Assembly: GCF_036321535.1 (NCBI RefSeq)
Contig: NC_087436.1
Location: forward strand, 41,418,001-41,482,000
From: Camelus dromedarius
Taxonomy: Eukaryota
Direction of reading: 5' to 3'
DNA length: 64,000 nt
This document shows, piece after piece, positions 27,819 through 39,815 of this stretch. The notes under the pieces are model-generated. The model was given only the letters and a program-made list of their open reading frames with translations. It was not told the origin of the DNA and did not search any database. Positions within the stretch are counted from its first letter, which is position 1. Each line of letters starts with the position of its first letter. The translations under genes were made by a program, and so were the position numbers.

Positions 27819-29086
27819 TCTTTTTGTAACATTTTTTATTGATTTATAATCATTTTACAATGTTGTGTCAAATTCCAGTGTTCAGCACAATTTTTCAGTT
27901 ATACATGAACATATATATATTCATTGTCACATTTTTTTCTCTGTGAGCTACCATAAGATTTTGTGTATATTTCCCTGTGCTATACAGTATAATCTTGTTT
28001 ATCTATTCTACAATTTTGAAATCCTGTCTATCCCTTCCCACCCTCTGCCCCCTTGGCAACCACAACTTTGTATTCTATGTCTATGAGTCTGTTTCTGTTT
28101 TGTAGTTATGCTTTGTTTGTTTGATTCTTTTTTGTTTTTTTGTTTTAGATTCCACATATGAGCGATCTCATATGGTATTTTTCTTTCTCTTCCTGGCTTA
28201 CTTCACTCAGAATGACATTCTCCAGGAGCATCCATGTTGCTGCAAAAGGCATTATGTTGTCGGTTTTTATGGCTGAGTAGTATTCCATTGTATAAATATA
28301 CCACATCTTCTTTATCCAGCCACCTGTTGATGGACATATAGGCTGTTTCCATGTTTTGGCTATTGTAAATAGTGCTGCTATGAACATTGGGGTGCAGGTG
28401 TCATCCTGAAGTAGGGTTCCTTCTGGATATAAGCCCAGGAGTGGGATTCCTGGGTCATATGTTAAGTCTATTCCTAGTCTTTTGAGGAATCTCCACACTG
28501 TTATCCATAGTGGCTGCACCAAACTGCATTCCCACCAGCAGTGTAGGAGGGTTCCCCTTTCTCCACAGCCTCTCCAGCATTTGTCATTTGTGGATTTTTG
28601 AATGACGGCCATTCTGACTGGTGTGAGGTGATACCTCATTGTAGTTTTGATTTGCATTTCTCTGATAATTAGTGATAATGAGCATTTTTTCATGTGCCTT
28701 TTGATCATTTGTATGTCTTCCTTGGATAATTGCTTGTTTAGGTCTTCTGCCCATTTTTGGATTGGGTTGTTTATTTTTTTCTTATTGAGTCGTATGAGCT
28801 GCTCATATATTCTGGAGATCAAGCCTTTGTCTGTTTCATTTGCAAAAATTTTCTCCCATTCTGTAGGTTGTCTTTTTGTTTTACTTATGGTTTCCTTTGC
28901 TGTGCAGAAGCTTGTAAGTTTCATTAGGTCCCATTTGTTTATTCCTGCTTTCATTTCTTGTAGGAGAAAATTTTGGGGATGTATGTCAGGTAATGTTTTG
29001 CCTATGTTTTCCTCTAGGAGGTTTATTGTATCTTGTCTTATGTTTAAGTCTTTGATTCATTTTGAGTTGATTTTTGTATATGGTGT
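27819..29086 (-). mobile_element. Young 5'-truncated L1 (about 1.27 kb) with 15-bp TSD
   Basis: TSD AGAGTTTATCTTTTT at 27804-27818 and 29087-29101; contains the ORF2 C-terminus and 3'UTR. Confidence 0.95.
28145..29086 (-). pseudogene. L1 ORF2p C-terminal fragment including the cysteine-rich CCHC region
   Basis: [14 protein letters not shown]...[14 protein letters not shown]...[18 protein letters not shown]...[14 protein letters not shown]; single nonsense (TGA) at 29057-29059, then open to 28145; no endonuclease or RT domain. Confidence 0.93.
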
Positions 29087-32000
29087 AGAGTTTATCTTTT
29101 TCTCTCCTAATAATAGCAACGTGTTTTAGAACTTACTGTGTGAACGTGACTGTTTAGTGCCCTATATGCATCACTTTGTTTATTCTTCTAACAGCTTTTA
29201 ATAAATTTATTTTCCCAATTATATAAATCTATATGAATATATAGATATATGATATGCCCATTTTACATTTGAAGAAATGAAGAATCAGAAAGCTTAAACT
29301 GATACTGATAACAGAACAATTAAATGGCTCAGAGCAAGTCTAAGGACTCCACAGAGTTTTTACAGTATTTTATTCACTTGTATGAAGATTCATGAATTTG
29401 GAATGTATAGGTAAAAGTTAAATGATCTTAAAGAATAGGATATATATCATATTATATGCATAAATATGTAGTCATATGTATAAATGTCACACTTACATGC
29501 ATATAATCCACAAGTTATTCTTTCTGTTAAGAACCAGCATATAGGAAGTCCACCAAAAAAGAAAATAAAACAACTTCTCTAAAGAACTTAAATCTAATTG
29601 AAAAAAATAGTGTATGTATGAGACAGTCTATATGATACACAGAATAGTTCCTTCATTAATGTTAGGAATATAGCTGTTGTGAATTGGGTAGTTTTATAAA
29701 GTACACAAACCTAAAATAGGAATTGAGTAAATTTACAAGTTTTATTAGGAATAGAACACTATTATCTAAATTAGAATATAGGTATCCCACTTCTGTAGGG
29801 TTTGCACAGAATAATAATTATGGACCTTCCCAGAAGAAAGAAAACACTTTCATAAGAAATCACTCGAGTTGATTGCATTTATGACTTCTCCAGATCAATA
29901 TTGTATTAGTTCTAGGGCACAGATGCCCATAGGACTGTAACGTGGGCTATTATTCTCCTGTTAACAGCCTTCAGACATCTTCTAACTCAATCAAATACTT
30001 GATGGCTTTTGCAGTGCTAAGGCTAAAATATTTATGAAAGGATTCTAATCACCCTACAGCATGTCTGTAGTCACAATCTATCACAATACAGACTTATATC
30101 CTACCCAGTTTGAAGTATTGCAGTATGTTTGTTGTAGTAATCCTTTTTAAGGATTACCCTGCCAAATCACCTAGTGTAAATTTCAGAATCTAACAATTTA
30201 GAAATGTATGTTAAATGGAGTTTCTTACACTTGTTCCCTGTAATCTCTGGAATCTAGTATACAGGAGAATAGTAATCTTTATTTAGGTTCCTTGGATTCA
30301 AGGTCAAATTTGTCCATTCAGTTTTACTTTTTGTAGCTAGCACTCAGGGCATTCCTTATAAGATAACAAATATAAACCTTAAGAAAACAAAATTGGATTC
30401 AGTTCTCAAGAGGGTACTCAACTCTGAATTATTACAGTACTCACCCACATTCTATCTTCCTTAAATATGTATAAATGACATGGCTACTGGTTATTAGTTT
30501 ACTGTGTCTCTTGATGGATTTTTATTATAACATTCTTAAGAATATTATACATATATTAGTATATATACATAGAAGTGATATTTTTACAGTTTGTTGGTAA
30601 AGTTTTCTATAATCTTGAGCTACTCAAGAAATAGAAATGATATGGCTTCTTTATTATAATCGTGAAAATGGCATTTGCCTGAAAGGTCAAGAATAAAGAC
30701 ATAAGTTGAATGGACTGTAGTCTGTGTAACTGGGAGAATTTCACTTGATAAATGAACACTGTTGAAATTATTTTAGTATGCTATGTTTTAGAACTATGTT
30801 ATAAAATTAATATGTAAGTCATAATTTATTTCTGTTGTATTCTAGTTCAACTAATAAATGCTATTAATTATCTTCTATCTGACACTTCAAATGTAGTATT
30901 TCTATTCCTAAAAAGAGTTTGAAGTCAGTTGTTTATTCTCTGAATTTGCAGGTATTTATTAATAAATTATATTAATTTTATTGAAGTATTTTTTGGTTTG
31001 TGTTAAGAACAATGACTGATATGGAATATTAAAGGCTTTTTGTTATTAAATAATGGAAAAGAGATAAACCTAGTTTCTACATGAGATTGAGTTTTAATAT
31101 GAGCATATAGTTCTCATTTTTTATGACTGTTATCAATTCACGTAATTTATGGCTATATAGTATCTTATTTGTATGTTACAGAAAATCAAAAGAAAGAAAG
31201 CAGATCGTATGTGTGTTTATGTATATATATGCAAGTACACATGTCTCAATAAATACTTGATTTGATTACTATTTATAGTGGGTTCTAACTGGATTAGCAA
31301 AATGTATTTTTAATGTATTTTAGGTACAAAATTATGAAGTCTGAATGCTTTTAATTAGCTTAAGCTGTATCATTTTATGAATCATCTGTCTTCTGAGTTT
31401 TAATTACATTATTTTAATATTACCTTATAATAGGAGATAGTACTGTCTCAGTGTGGAAGATGATACTTAATTGCCTATTGTACTTACAGTGTGAGTAAAA
31501 ACCATTGAAAATAATGTGAGGAAGGCAGGCAGAAAAGCAGGAAGGAAAAAAAAAGTTTTGGGGGGAGCTAGAGAGAAACAGAACAAATAATATTCAGTGC
31601 AAATTAAGTCTGGGTTTTTTTTAAGTCTGTATTTTGCTTTCCAAGCAAACCTCATTGGAACAGACCATAATTGTTGTAACTTGAACAATTTATTAATGTA
31701 TTTGCAGCTAAATTTTAGTTAGAGGATCTCTTTAATTTCTAGCACTGTTATTTAAAAAGGCCTTGGAAATTTATCTGACAAGCAATTATATTTAGCTGAA
31801 ATACAGATTAGTAAAAATAGTTATCCATTTCATCACCACAATTTATATTGTTCAGTTGCCCTCTGCATTCTAAACATGAACTACAGAATTTGGCAACATG
31901 AATTCAAATGTTCATGTTTAGCTAAGAATTTACATTTTTAATGTCATAGTACATTGTTATCAACTTGTTTTGAATAAAATTAGATCTATGAAAAATGGAC

Positions 32001-33525
32001 ATTTCCTTAGCTATGTAGTGTTCCAGCAGTATTGCTTATATCAACATATTAGAAAACTATTCACCTAGTTTTTCAGTGAAAAATATTGTAATATTTCTTA
32101 AACTTCTCTTTCACACTGATCACCTAATCCATCTTTAAATACTGTTATATTCATCATATTGCAAATCTAAACACATCTCATCATCTCTATCTTTTCTTAC
32201 ATTCCTAGTCCAGGACACCATTTTTTTTTTTAGCAGAGAAATACAGTCACCTCCTAATTGGCCTTCCAAGTCATATTCTTGACTCTGCACTATATAGTTA
32301 ATTTGGGGGGGGGATTTGGTCATCGCAAATAATTTTTTTTCTTTTTTTTATCTATATAATTGATATTCACTAGACTTATTGTGGTAAATATTTCAGTATG
32401 TATGTATGTCAAATCACTGTGCTATACATCTTAAATATCAAAAATCAATAAAATGGAAGAAAATATATATTCTTTAATTTAGTGTGTAGTATTTTATACA
32501 TAAAGAATGTGAAACACATATGTAAATTATAAAACAAAACGATAAGAGGAACATCCTTCATACTAACACTCAAGAACACATTTGTACTAATACTGTTGCA
32601 TTTATTTCTGTGCTCCCATTTTAAATCAGATCAGCTTGTCTCTTTGAAATAACCTCTAAAATTTGACCTTTTATTTGTAATTTTATATACTTTTATTAAA
32701 TATATGTATATCCTATTGGTATTAAATATTAATGTTTATTAACTTTATCCTCAGTGTGCACATGAGGTATCGTGAATCGGAGACATGTTACTTATACCTT
32801 ATAGTAAATAATAAGTGCCCCTTGCCTTAGTTCTTAACACTGGAGCAATGCAACGAAAACCTGATGGAAAAATAATCCATGTAACATGGTAATCCATGAG
32901 TGAGGGATAGAGAAAATAGATTATCTCTACATATATACAGGAAGAAAAGGAAGGAGAAAACTTTTGCTTCATAAAGAAGGCATAGAAAGGTTTCTGAATT
33001 CTCACAGTAACCTTTTGAAACTAAATATAACTTTTCAAGAGTAAGATAAATCCTAGTGTCACGGCTTTTACAAACTAGAAATGTCTCCCAAAGTCCCTAG
33101 CATCATTTTCCCCTGAAATGTAACAACATACCTCTGTAGTTAGGTAAAATTCTCTAGAGTTCTAGAACCAACTGTACAGTTACAAATTAACTTTACAAGG
33201 CTTTTTTTAATCCAAGGATCCCAGGTGTTCAGCAAGATATATTTAGAAAGCCCCACCTCTACATTAATGCTAAAATATTTTCTCTTTAACCCATACATCC
33301 TAAAATAATAGCTCTAGTTTTTCATTTTTATTTATATTTCTGTTCATTTTTGAAGAAAAATTCACCCACATGATTCAAACATCCAAACATATAAAAAGCT
33401 ACACAGTGAAAGAGTCTCCCCATTCCTCTCCTCCCCCTCATTTTTTGGGTTCCACCTCACTACTCCATAAGTAAATATTGTTTACAATGTTTCTTATATT
33501 TCCTTTCAGAGTTTCTTAAGTAAAT

Positions 33526-34242
33526 TGTTTTGTCTACTACTTCTGTGTAACAAATTACCCCAAGTTGGTGGCTTGAAACAGCAGTTTATTTTTTAAGTTG
33601 AATAGTATAGATAGGTCAACAGTTCCGGCAGAGCACGGCAGGGATGGTCTGTCTGTACTCTGTGATGTCTGTGGCTTGAGCCTGGGTAATGCAAAGGCCA
33701 GTAATCCTGAAGCTGGCTTCTGGCATCACTGAAGACTCTCATGAATTTTGCCCCTTGGCTGAAATGACTAGAAGGTAGATCAGAACACATGTACATGGCC
33801 CATCCATGTAGCTTGTATTTCACACAGTGTATTCAAGGTTGTTGGAGTTTTCACAGGGCATCTCAGTGCTCCAAGCACGAATGTTCCAGTGAACAAAGTA
33901 CAAGTAGCATTAATGTTATTACCCAGCCTCACTAGTGATACATTGAACCCAGTACTAAATGAAAATGTTGGCCCAGATTGTTCAATAATGATTAAGAATT
34001 TCAAGACTATGAGAGTAGAGTGTTAAACTGAACATGAGACCCTTATAAACAGAGGGTTCTGTGTGACTGACAGGTTGCATGTCCATGAAACAGTCCCTTG
34101 GTCACACAACATCACTTCCTACATATTCCATTGTTAACAAGTGAATCATAATCTTACCAAATTCAGAGGGAGAATATGTACATTTCATGTCTTGATGAAG
34201 GATTGTTGAAGAATTTGAGACCATTTGCAAAAACCATTATAC
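33526..34242 (-). mobile_element. MaLR LTR (older MLT1, H/I/J-like)
   Basis: TGTGTAACAAATTACCCCAAGTTGGTGGCTTGAAACAGCAG start; CATCACTTCCTACATATTCCATTG...TCTTGATGAAG...AAACCATTATACA end. Confidence 0.7.
33945..34100 (-). mobile_element. MER45A-like hAT-Tip100 MITE nested in MLT1
   Basis: CCAGTACTAAATGAAAATGTTGGCCC...TTAAGAATTTCAAGAC...CTGTGTGACTGACAGGTTGCATGTCCATGAAACAGTCCCT matches the reverse complement of MER45A. Confidence 0.75.
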
Positions 34243-37200
34243 AATTAAAGCAAATATGTCTTGATTTCTCCTATTTTTCCACAAAATATGATATATATAA
34301 ACCTGTACACCTTGTTCATTTCACTAGTAACATGTCTTAGAACCTTGCATATCATCTAGTTTTAAGTTTCCTCATTTTTTTATATACCTGGATAATATTA
34401 CATTAAATAAATAATACCATGATTGAAATAATCTCTTGTTTGAGGGACATTTGCATTCATCCAAACCTTTGGTTAAAATAAACACATTTTGTAGCATTTG
34501 GACAAGATAATATGACTCTTCATAGTGTTGTTTAACTCTATACGCCTTCCATTAACATGTGCAAGAACTTAGTTTCTTATCCTGTTTACTTACATCTTTA
34601 CCTTCCATGTATCAAATACGACTTTTCACCAATGTAACAGGCAAATAGTCATATCTTAGTGTGGTTTCCATTTGAATTTCTCTTAGTATGAGTGAGGTTG
34701 AGCATCCTTCATATATTTCACAGTCATTTATATTTCCTTTTATGTTAACCATTGATTGATATCCATTATTTATTTATTAATTTTTATTTGTTCATTCTTA
34801 ATTGATTTAAATGATCTCCTGTAGTATAACTATCTACAAGATTAATCATTCCAGCATTGCTTGTATTTATTTTTCTTAAAGATCAAAATGATTATTTATA
34901 GAATGAATAAATATGTTACGATAAATTTATCCATGCAATGAAACATATGAAGCAGCAAATAGAAAAGCAAATTCTTTTAATTTTCTTTTAAAATGCATTC
35001 CAACATATATTAGCTGAAAAAAAGTGCAGAATACATCGCATTGTATACCATTATATCTATTTTTTCAAAAAGAATATTTTATTTGCTTTTATACACATGA
35101 AGAACTTTGAAAAAATACAAAATAGAGTAGTAACAGTGGTTATCTACACAAGAAGGGGGAATTAGACAAAGAGAGGCAGAAGTAATAGAATGATTTTTGA
35201 CTATAAAATATTAATACTTTTTAATTTTTAAAATGTGAATATAACTGCAAAAATAAATGAATATATTTATAAAAATATCAGAGTTAAATAAAAAGTTACA
35301 GAATGGTATGGACAGATCTTAATTTTGTATATTTGACAATCTGAAGTTATTTAATAATTTCTTATCTTCTGCAATGCTAAAATAAAATACTAAAATAACA
35401 GCTCCATCATTACAAGAAGTCATATTTTTTTCACGTTTGCCATCGTATCTGATGAGACTTCATATGAATAATTCTTAAAATGAAAAAGGAATTTATCTAA
35501 AACAAAAAATGGCACAACCAAGGCATTTGTTGCTAGAAATTTTTAACTTAATTTTGTTCTGATTCTGTTTTTTATAATTATGAATCATCGTGTGATAAAA
35601 GAATCATACTTTTCACTTTTCATAATCTTTCTTAAAATAATAGGATTTTTATGACATAATTCAGCTTGTATGTTCACAGCTTTATTTTAAAACTGAGATA
35701 CGAAGCTAAAAATATGGAGGGATAGTATAAACTTAAAAGTTCATAGATCAAACTTTCAAATTTGGAGGGTTTTTTTTTTAATGACCATCTGAGTCATTTC
35801 ATTCTTATATTTTTTTCTTCCAAATCTATTCAAACATTACAAAGTTTCACTTATCTGAAAGAAAAACTACCATGTATGTGCCATTTTTTTCATAAATTAC
35901 CAATTCTGTTAATCTCAATAATTATTTAAGCCCATGACCTTTAACTATCAGTTCTGACAAAGGAGGATGATATACATCACTGAGATATTTGGCATGTAAT
36001 GAAAATGGTCCAATTTAATTAAAATGTAAGTTATTGTTAAAAAGAAAGATCATATTAAGAAAATGTCATTTCAGAAGTATATTAGCAAGCACCCTCCAGT
36101 GTTTGTTCCATGTAAAGTACAGAGTTAGTACTTGACATTTACAGAGGAGATTAGAACTATTCATGATATATACTTGACCATTTTTGTGCTCTCATGTTGT
36201 ATTTTTTCATCTTATCCACATATTTTAATCAGTTAAAAGTTAAATATAACACTGTTTACATTTTATCTTGATTACTCAAGTGCTTTATTAATAAGGGAAT
36301 TTATTTAAAAATTTTTAAAAGAGCAAATGTAATTTATAGAATATTTGAAGATATTTTTAACACGAAGTCTATGCCTTATACATACAAATAAGTTGTTATA
36401 ATTGTATGATACATATTTTTATTAAATAAATTTAAGATACACATCTCAATTTAATCTGTCAGGAGCATGGAAACATGATTCTTTGTATATTTCTGGTATT
36501 TTTATTAAAAAAAATTAACATATTATAAGGTATGTTTTATGGTGTCACTCGCTAGTGAAACTGAGCGTTAGGTTTTAGGTACTTTGCCACTAAGAAATTA
36601 ATAGATATATGTTATTGAGTCTGTGAATCTATAGAAAAATATATCTCTAAAGTGGTACAACTTAATAATCTTGATATAGATTAGAAATGAAAATTCTGTT
36701 TCCTTAAAATCACTCATTTTCACCAAAAAATACAAGCTCTACTTTTAAACTTATTCATATCATGATGTAGTTCACTGAATACTAAACTATACGGACCTAG
36801 ACTAAGTTGGCATCCACACTTACTGCATATAATGCAGTCTTAACAAGATTCTTCAATTTTTACTATATGTTAAGTTGGAATGGAAAAAATGTTCAACATT
36901 GATTTAAATTATCAATCTCTCATTCTTATAAATTACAGTCATTATTAGGAGGGATTTTGGATTTACTACTTTAGACTGTATATTTTGGTCCTTCAAAGGA
37001 TGAATTTGACTCTTACATTTTGGCATTATGCCATTTTAATTGATAAAGTCAAAAGAAAAACAAAATTGAACCTAGAAGAATGGTTGAAAGGAAATAGTTG
37101 AATATATTTTCTAAAAAAAATTTAGGAATGACACTTGGTGATATTGTCCATTTTATTATTCAATATCTCTTTTAAAATACATTGAAAAAGTAATATCTTA

Positions 37201-37719
37201 TTTCAAAGCAAGAAGAAAAAATGCTTGTGTAACTTCAAATCACATTTTTCCCCCTGTGGATCTTATAACTATGTTTCTATTTTGTAATGACTAGTAGAAA
37301 ATTCTGAGACAAGATTTTGCAATAATCTAGCAACTGTTTTGGATTTATGACATAAGTCTTTGTGACATATTATCACATGTTTGTCATATGTAATATGACA
37401 TATTATTGGCTTTGGTTTTAATTTATTCACTTGTAACTTCCTACTTTCTATTTCCTTGTTTTTTATGTACATAGTGTTTGTGAAATACTATACACAATCT
37501 CATATCACTGTATCATTTTTATAATATAACCTCATATTTTCACTGATTATTTAATTGCCTCTAAGTAATAGTTCATGACTAAGAAATAGAAACTCTTGGA
37601 TGAGAGATATAGATTTCATCAGAGATGTTGGTAATGCTTTTCTGATACATGCAGGGCACAATATTGAGTTATCTGTTTGTGTACATATGCTTTTTGGGGG
37701 GGATTTCAAATAATGCAAT

Positions 37720-38167
37720 TTTTAATTTATTTCCTGAAATATTGAACTATAATTGTTTTGCAGTATTGTCTTAGTTTCAGGTACACAGCAAAGTGATTCA
37801 CTTATACATATAAATTTTTTTCAGATTCTTTTCAGTTATAGGTCATTACACAATATTGAATATAGTTCCCTGTGCTATACAGTAAATACTTCTTGTTTAT
37901 CTGTTTTATTATAGTGGTGTATATCTGTTAATACCATACTCCTAATTTGTCCCTCCCTCCACCTTCCCCTTTGGTAACCATAAATGTGTATTCTGTATCT
38001 ATGAGTCTGTTTCTATTTTGTAAATAAGTTAATTTGTGTTTTGGTTTTTTTTTTTAGATTCCACATATAAGTGATATATAATATTTGTCTTTCTCTGGCT
38101 GACTTCTTTCACTTAGTATGAGTCTTCAGGTCCATCCATGTTGCTGCATATGGTAATATTTCATTCT
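37720..38167 (-). mobile_element. L1 3' end (copy 1 of a tandem pair)
   Basis: GGTACACAGCAAAGTGATTCA...ATATTGAATATAGTTCCCTGTGCTATACAGTA...TAGATTCCACATATAAGTGATAT. Confidence 0.88.
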
Positions 38168-38613
38168 TTTTTTTTTTAATTGAAGTATAGTCAGTTTACA
38201 ATGTTGTGTCAATTTCTGGTGTACAGCAAAATGTTTCCGTCATATATATGCATACACATACTGCTTTTCATATTCTTTTTCATTATAGGATACTATAAGA
38301 TATTGAATATAATTCCTCGTGCTATATAGTAGAAACTTGTTATTTATCTATTTTATATATGGTAGTTAGTATATTCAGATCTCAGACTCCCAGTTTATCC
38401 CTTCCCTCCCTTTTTCCCCCTTGGTAACCTTAGTTAGTTTTCTATATTTGAGAGTCTATTTCTGTTTTGTAAATAATTTCATTTTTTTTTAGATTCCACA
38501 TATCAGTGATATGATATGGTATTTTTCTTTCTCTTTCTGGCTTATTTCACTTAGAATGACAATCTTTAGGTTTATCCTCCATCCATGTTGCTGCAATGGC
38601 AGTATTTTATTCT
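38168..38613 (-). mobile_element. L1 3' end (copy 2 of a tandem pair)
   Basis: poly(T) then AATTGAAGTATAGTCAGTTTACAATGTTGTGTCAATTTCTGGTGTACAGC...AGATTCCACATATCAGTGATATG. Confidence 0.88.
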
Positions 38614-38980
38614 AAAATATTGAGTTTCTTAACCTTTACAGAAAAAGTTCTCTGACCCTATTTTATGTCTCTGTAAATATTTCCTAAAAGTACATATATG
38701 GAATCTCCCCTGTGATAATATATTTGGGTAAAATATAATGTTACACCATACTTCTTTTCAGAAAATGCAAAAACAATAAAAAAAAAATGTATGTCAAGTA
38801 AAACAAAATCCCTAATTCATGACAGGAGACAGTGTGATATGTTGCCAAAAATGAGGAATAAAGTCCCACCTCAGAAACAGATTCCTCCATTGCTTGTTCC
38901 TTGACTAGGAACTTTTAGTAATTCACAGTTTTAGCATATAGTCACCATTGTGGTTTCCTGCTCCCTTTCTGGTCCCTAGA

Positions 38981-39420
38981 TTTTTTTTTCTGTTACTTAA
39001 GGTGAATTTTACATATAAAAATGCAGAGATACTCCATGTAAAATTTGGTGAATTTAGGAAAAGATATATGCCTGTGTAACCAATACCCCAGTCAAGATAG
39101 GGATATTAACCCCCTGTTACTCAATCCTCAACCCTTTTTTGGCAACTACTATTCTGTTCAATACTACAGATTAATTTTACCTCTCTTTGATTTTATACAA
39201 ATGAAATCACTCTCTTTGCTTTCTTTGGTGTTTAGATTATTTGTCAACACAGTGCTTTTGCAATGCATCCATGTTGTACATGTATTAATAGTTTATTTCT
39301 TTGTTTTGGTTGAGTTGTATACCATTATATGATTATACCACATATCCCTTTCTTACTAATATATATTTGAATTTTTTTAGCTTTTTATTATTACAAATTA
39401 AACATTGTACAAGTTGTTTT
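38981..39420 (-). mobile_element. L1MB/MC-type 3' end
   Basis: GGTGAATTTTACATATAAAAATGCA...TGCATCCATGTTGTACATGTATTAATAGTTTATTTCTTGTT. Confidence 0.7.
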
Positions 39421-39424
39421 GTTC

Positions 39425-39815
39425 TAACAGAAGAGAGAATTTAGAACTAGACCCACACATATATGGTAAATTGATTTTTGACAAAAAAGAAAAAGACAAT
39501 TATATGAGAAAATGAAAGCGTTTATTTAGCAAATGGTGTTGTCGCAACCGGATAGTATTCATAAAGGGGAAATGGTTCTTGATATTCCGTGTCACAACAT
39601 GAACAACTGCTACTTAAATTTTGAGTTATAAACTTAAATAGAAAAGCTAAAATTGTAAAGCTTCTATAAGAAAGCACAGAAGAATATTTTGGGGAGGTAA
39701 AGATTTCATAGAGGAAACACTAAAACAGAGGGGAAAATGTATAAAATTTGCTTATGAAAATTAAAACCTCTACTGAGCAAAAGTCACTGAGGAGAAAAAA
39801 TGAAAAAGCAAAGAA
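39425..39815 (+). mobile_element. Decayed L1 ORF2 fragment, inverted relative to the adjacent 3' end
   Basis: Translates as NRRENLELDPHIYGKLIFDK, matching the L1 ORF2 motif NRIE.PEI.PHIYG.LIFDK. Confidence 0.8.

Larger units (their letters stand above)
33320..34810 (-). mobile_element. Old L1 (L1ME-like) 3' fragment interrupted by an MLT1 LTR
   Basis: CATATAAAAGCTACACAGTGAAAGAGTCTCCC on the left; GTGGTTTCCATTTGAATTTCTCTTAGTATGAGTGAGGTTGAGCATCCTTCATAT on the right. Confidence 0.6.

Noticed and set aside
28145..29129. 269-aa and 160-aa ORFs as host genes or an active L1
   Set aside because: They are the sense and antisense frames of a 5'-truncated L1 that lacks promoter, ORF1, endonuclease and RT.
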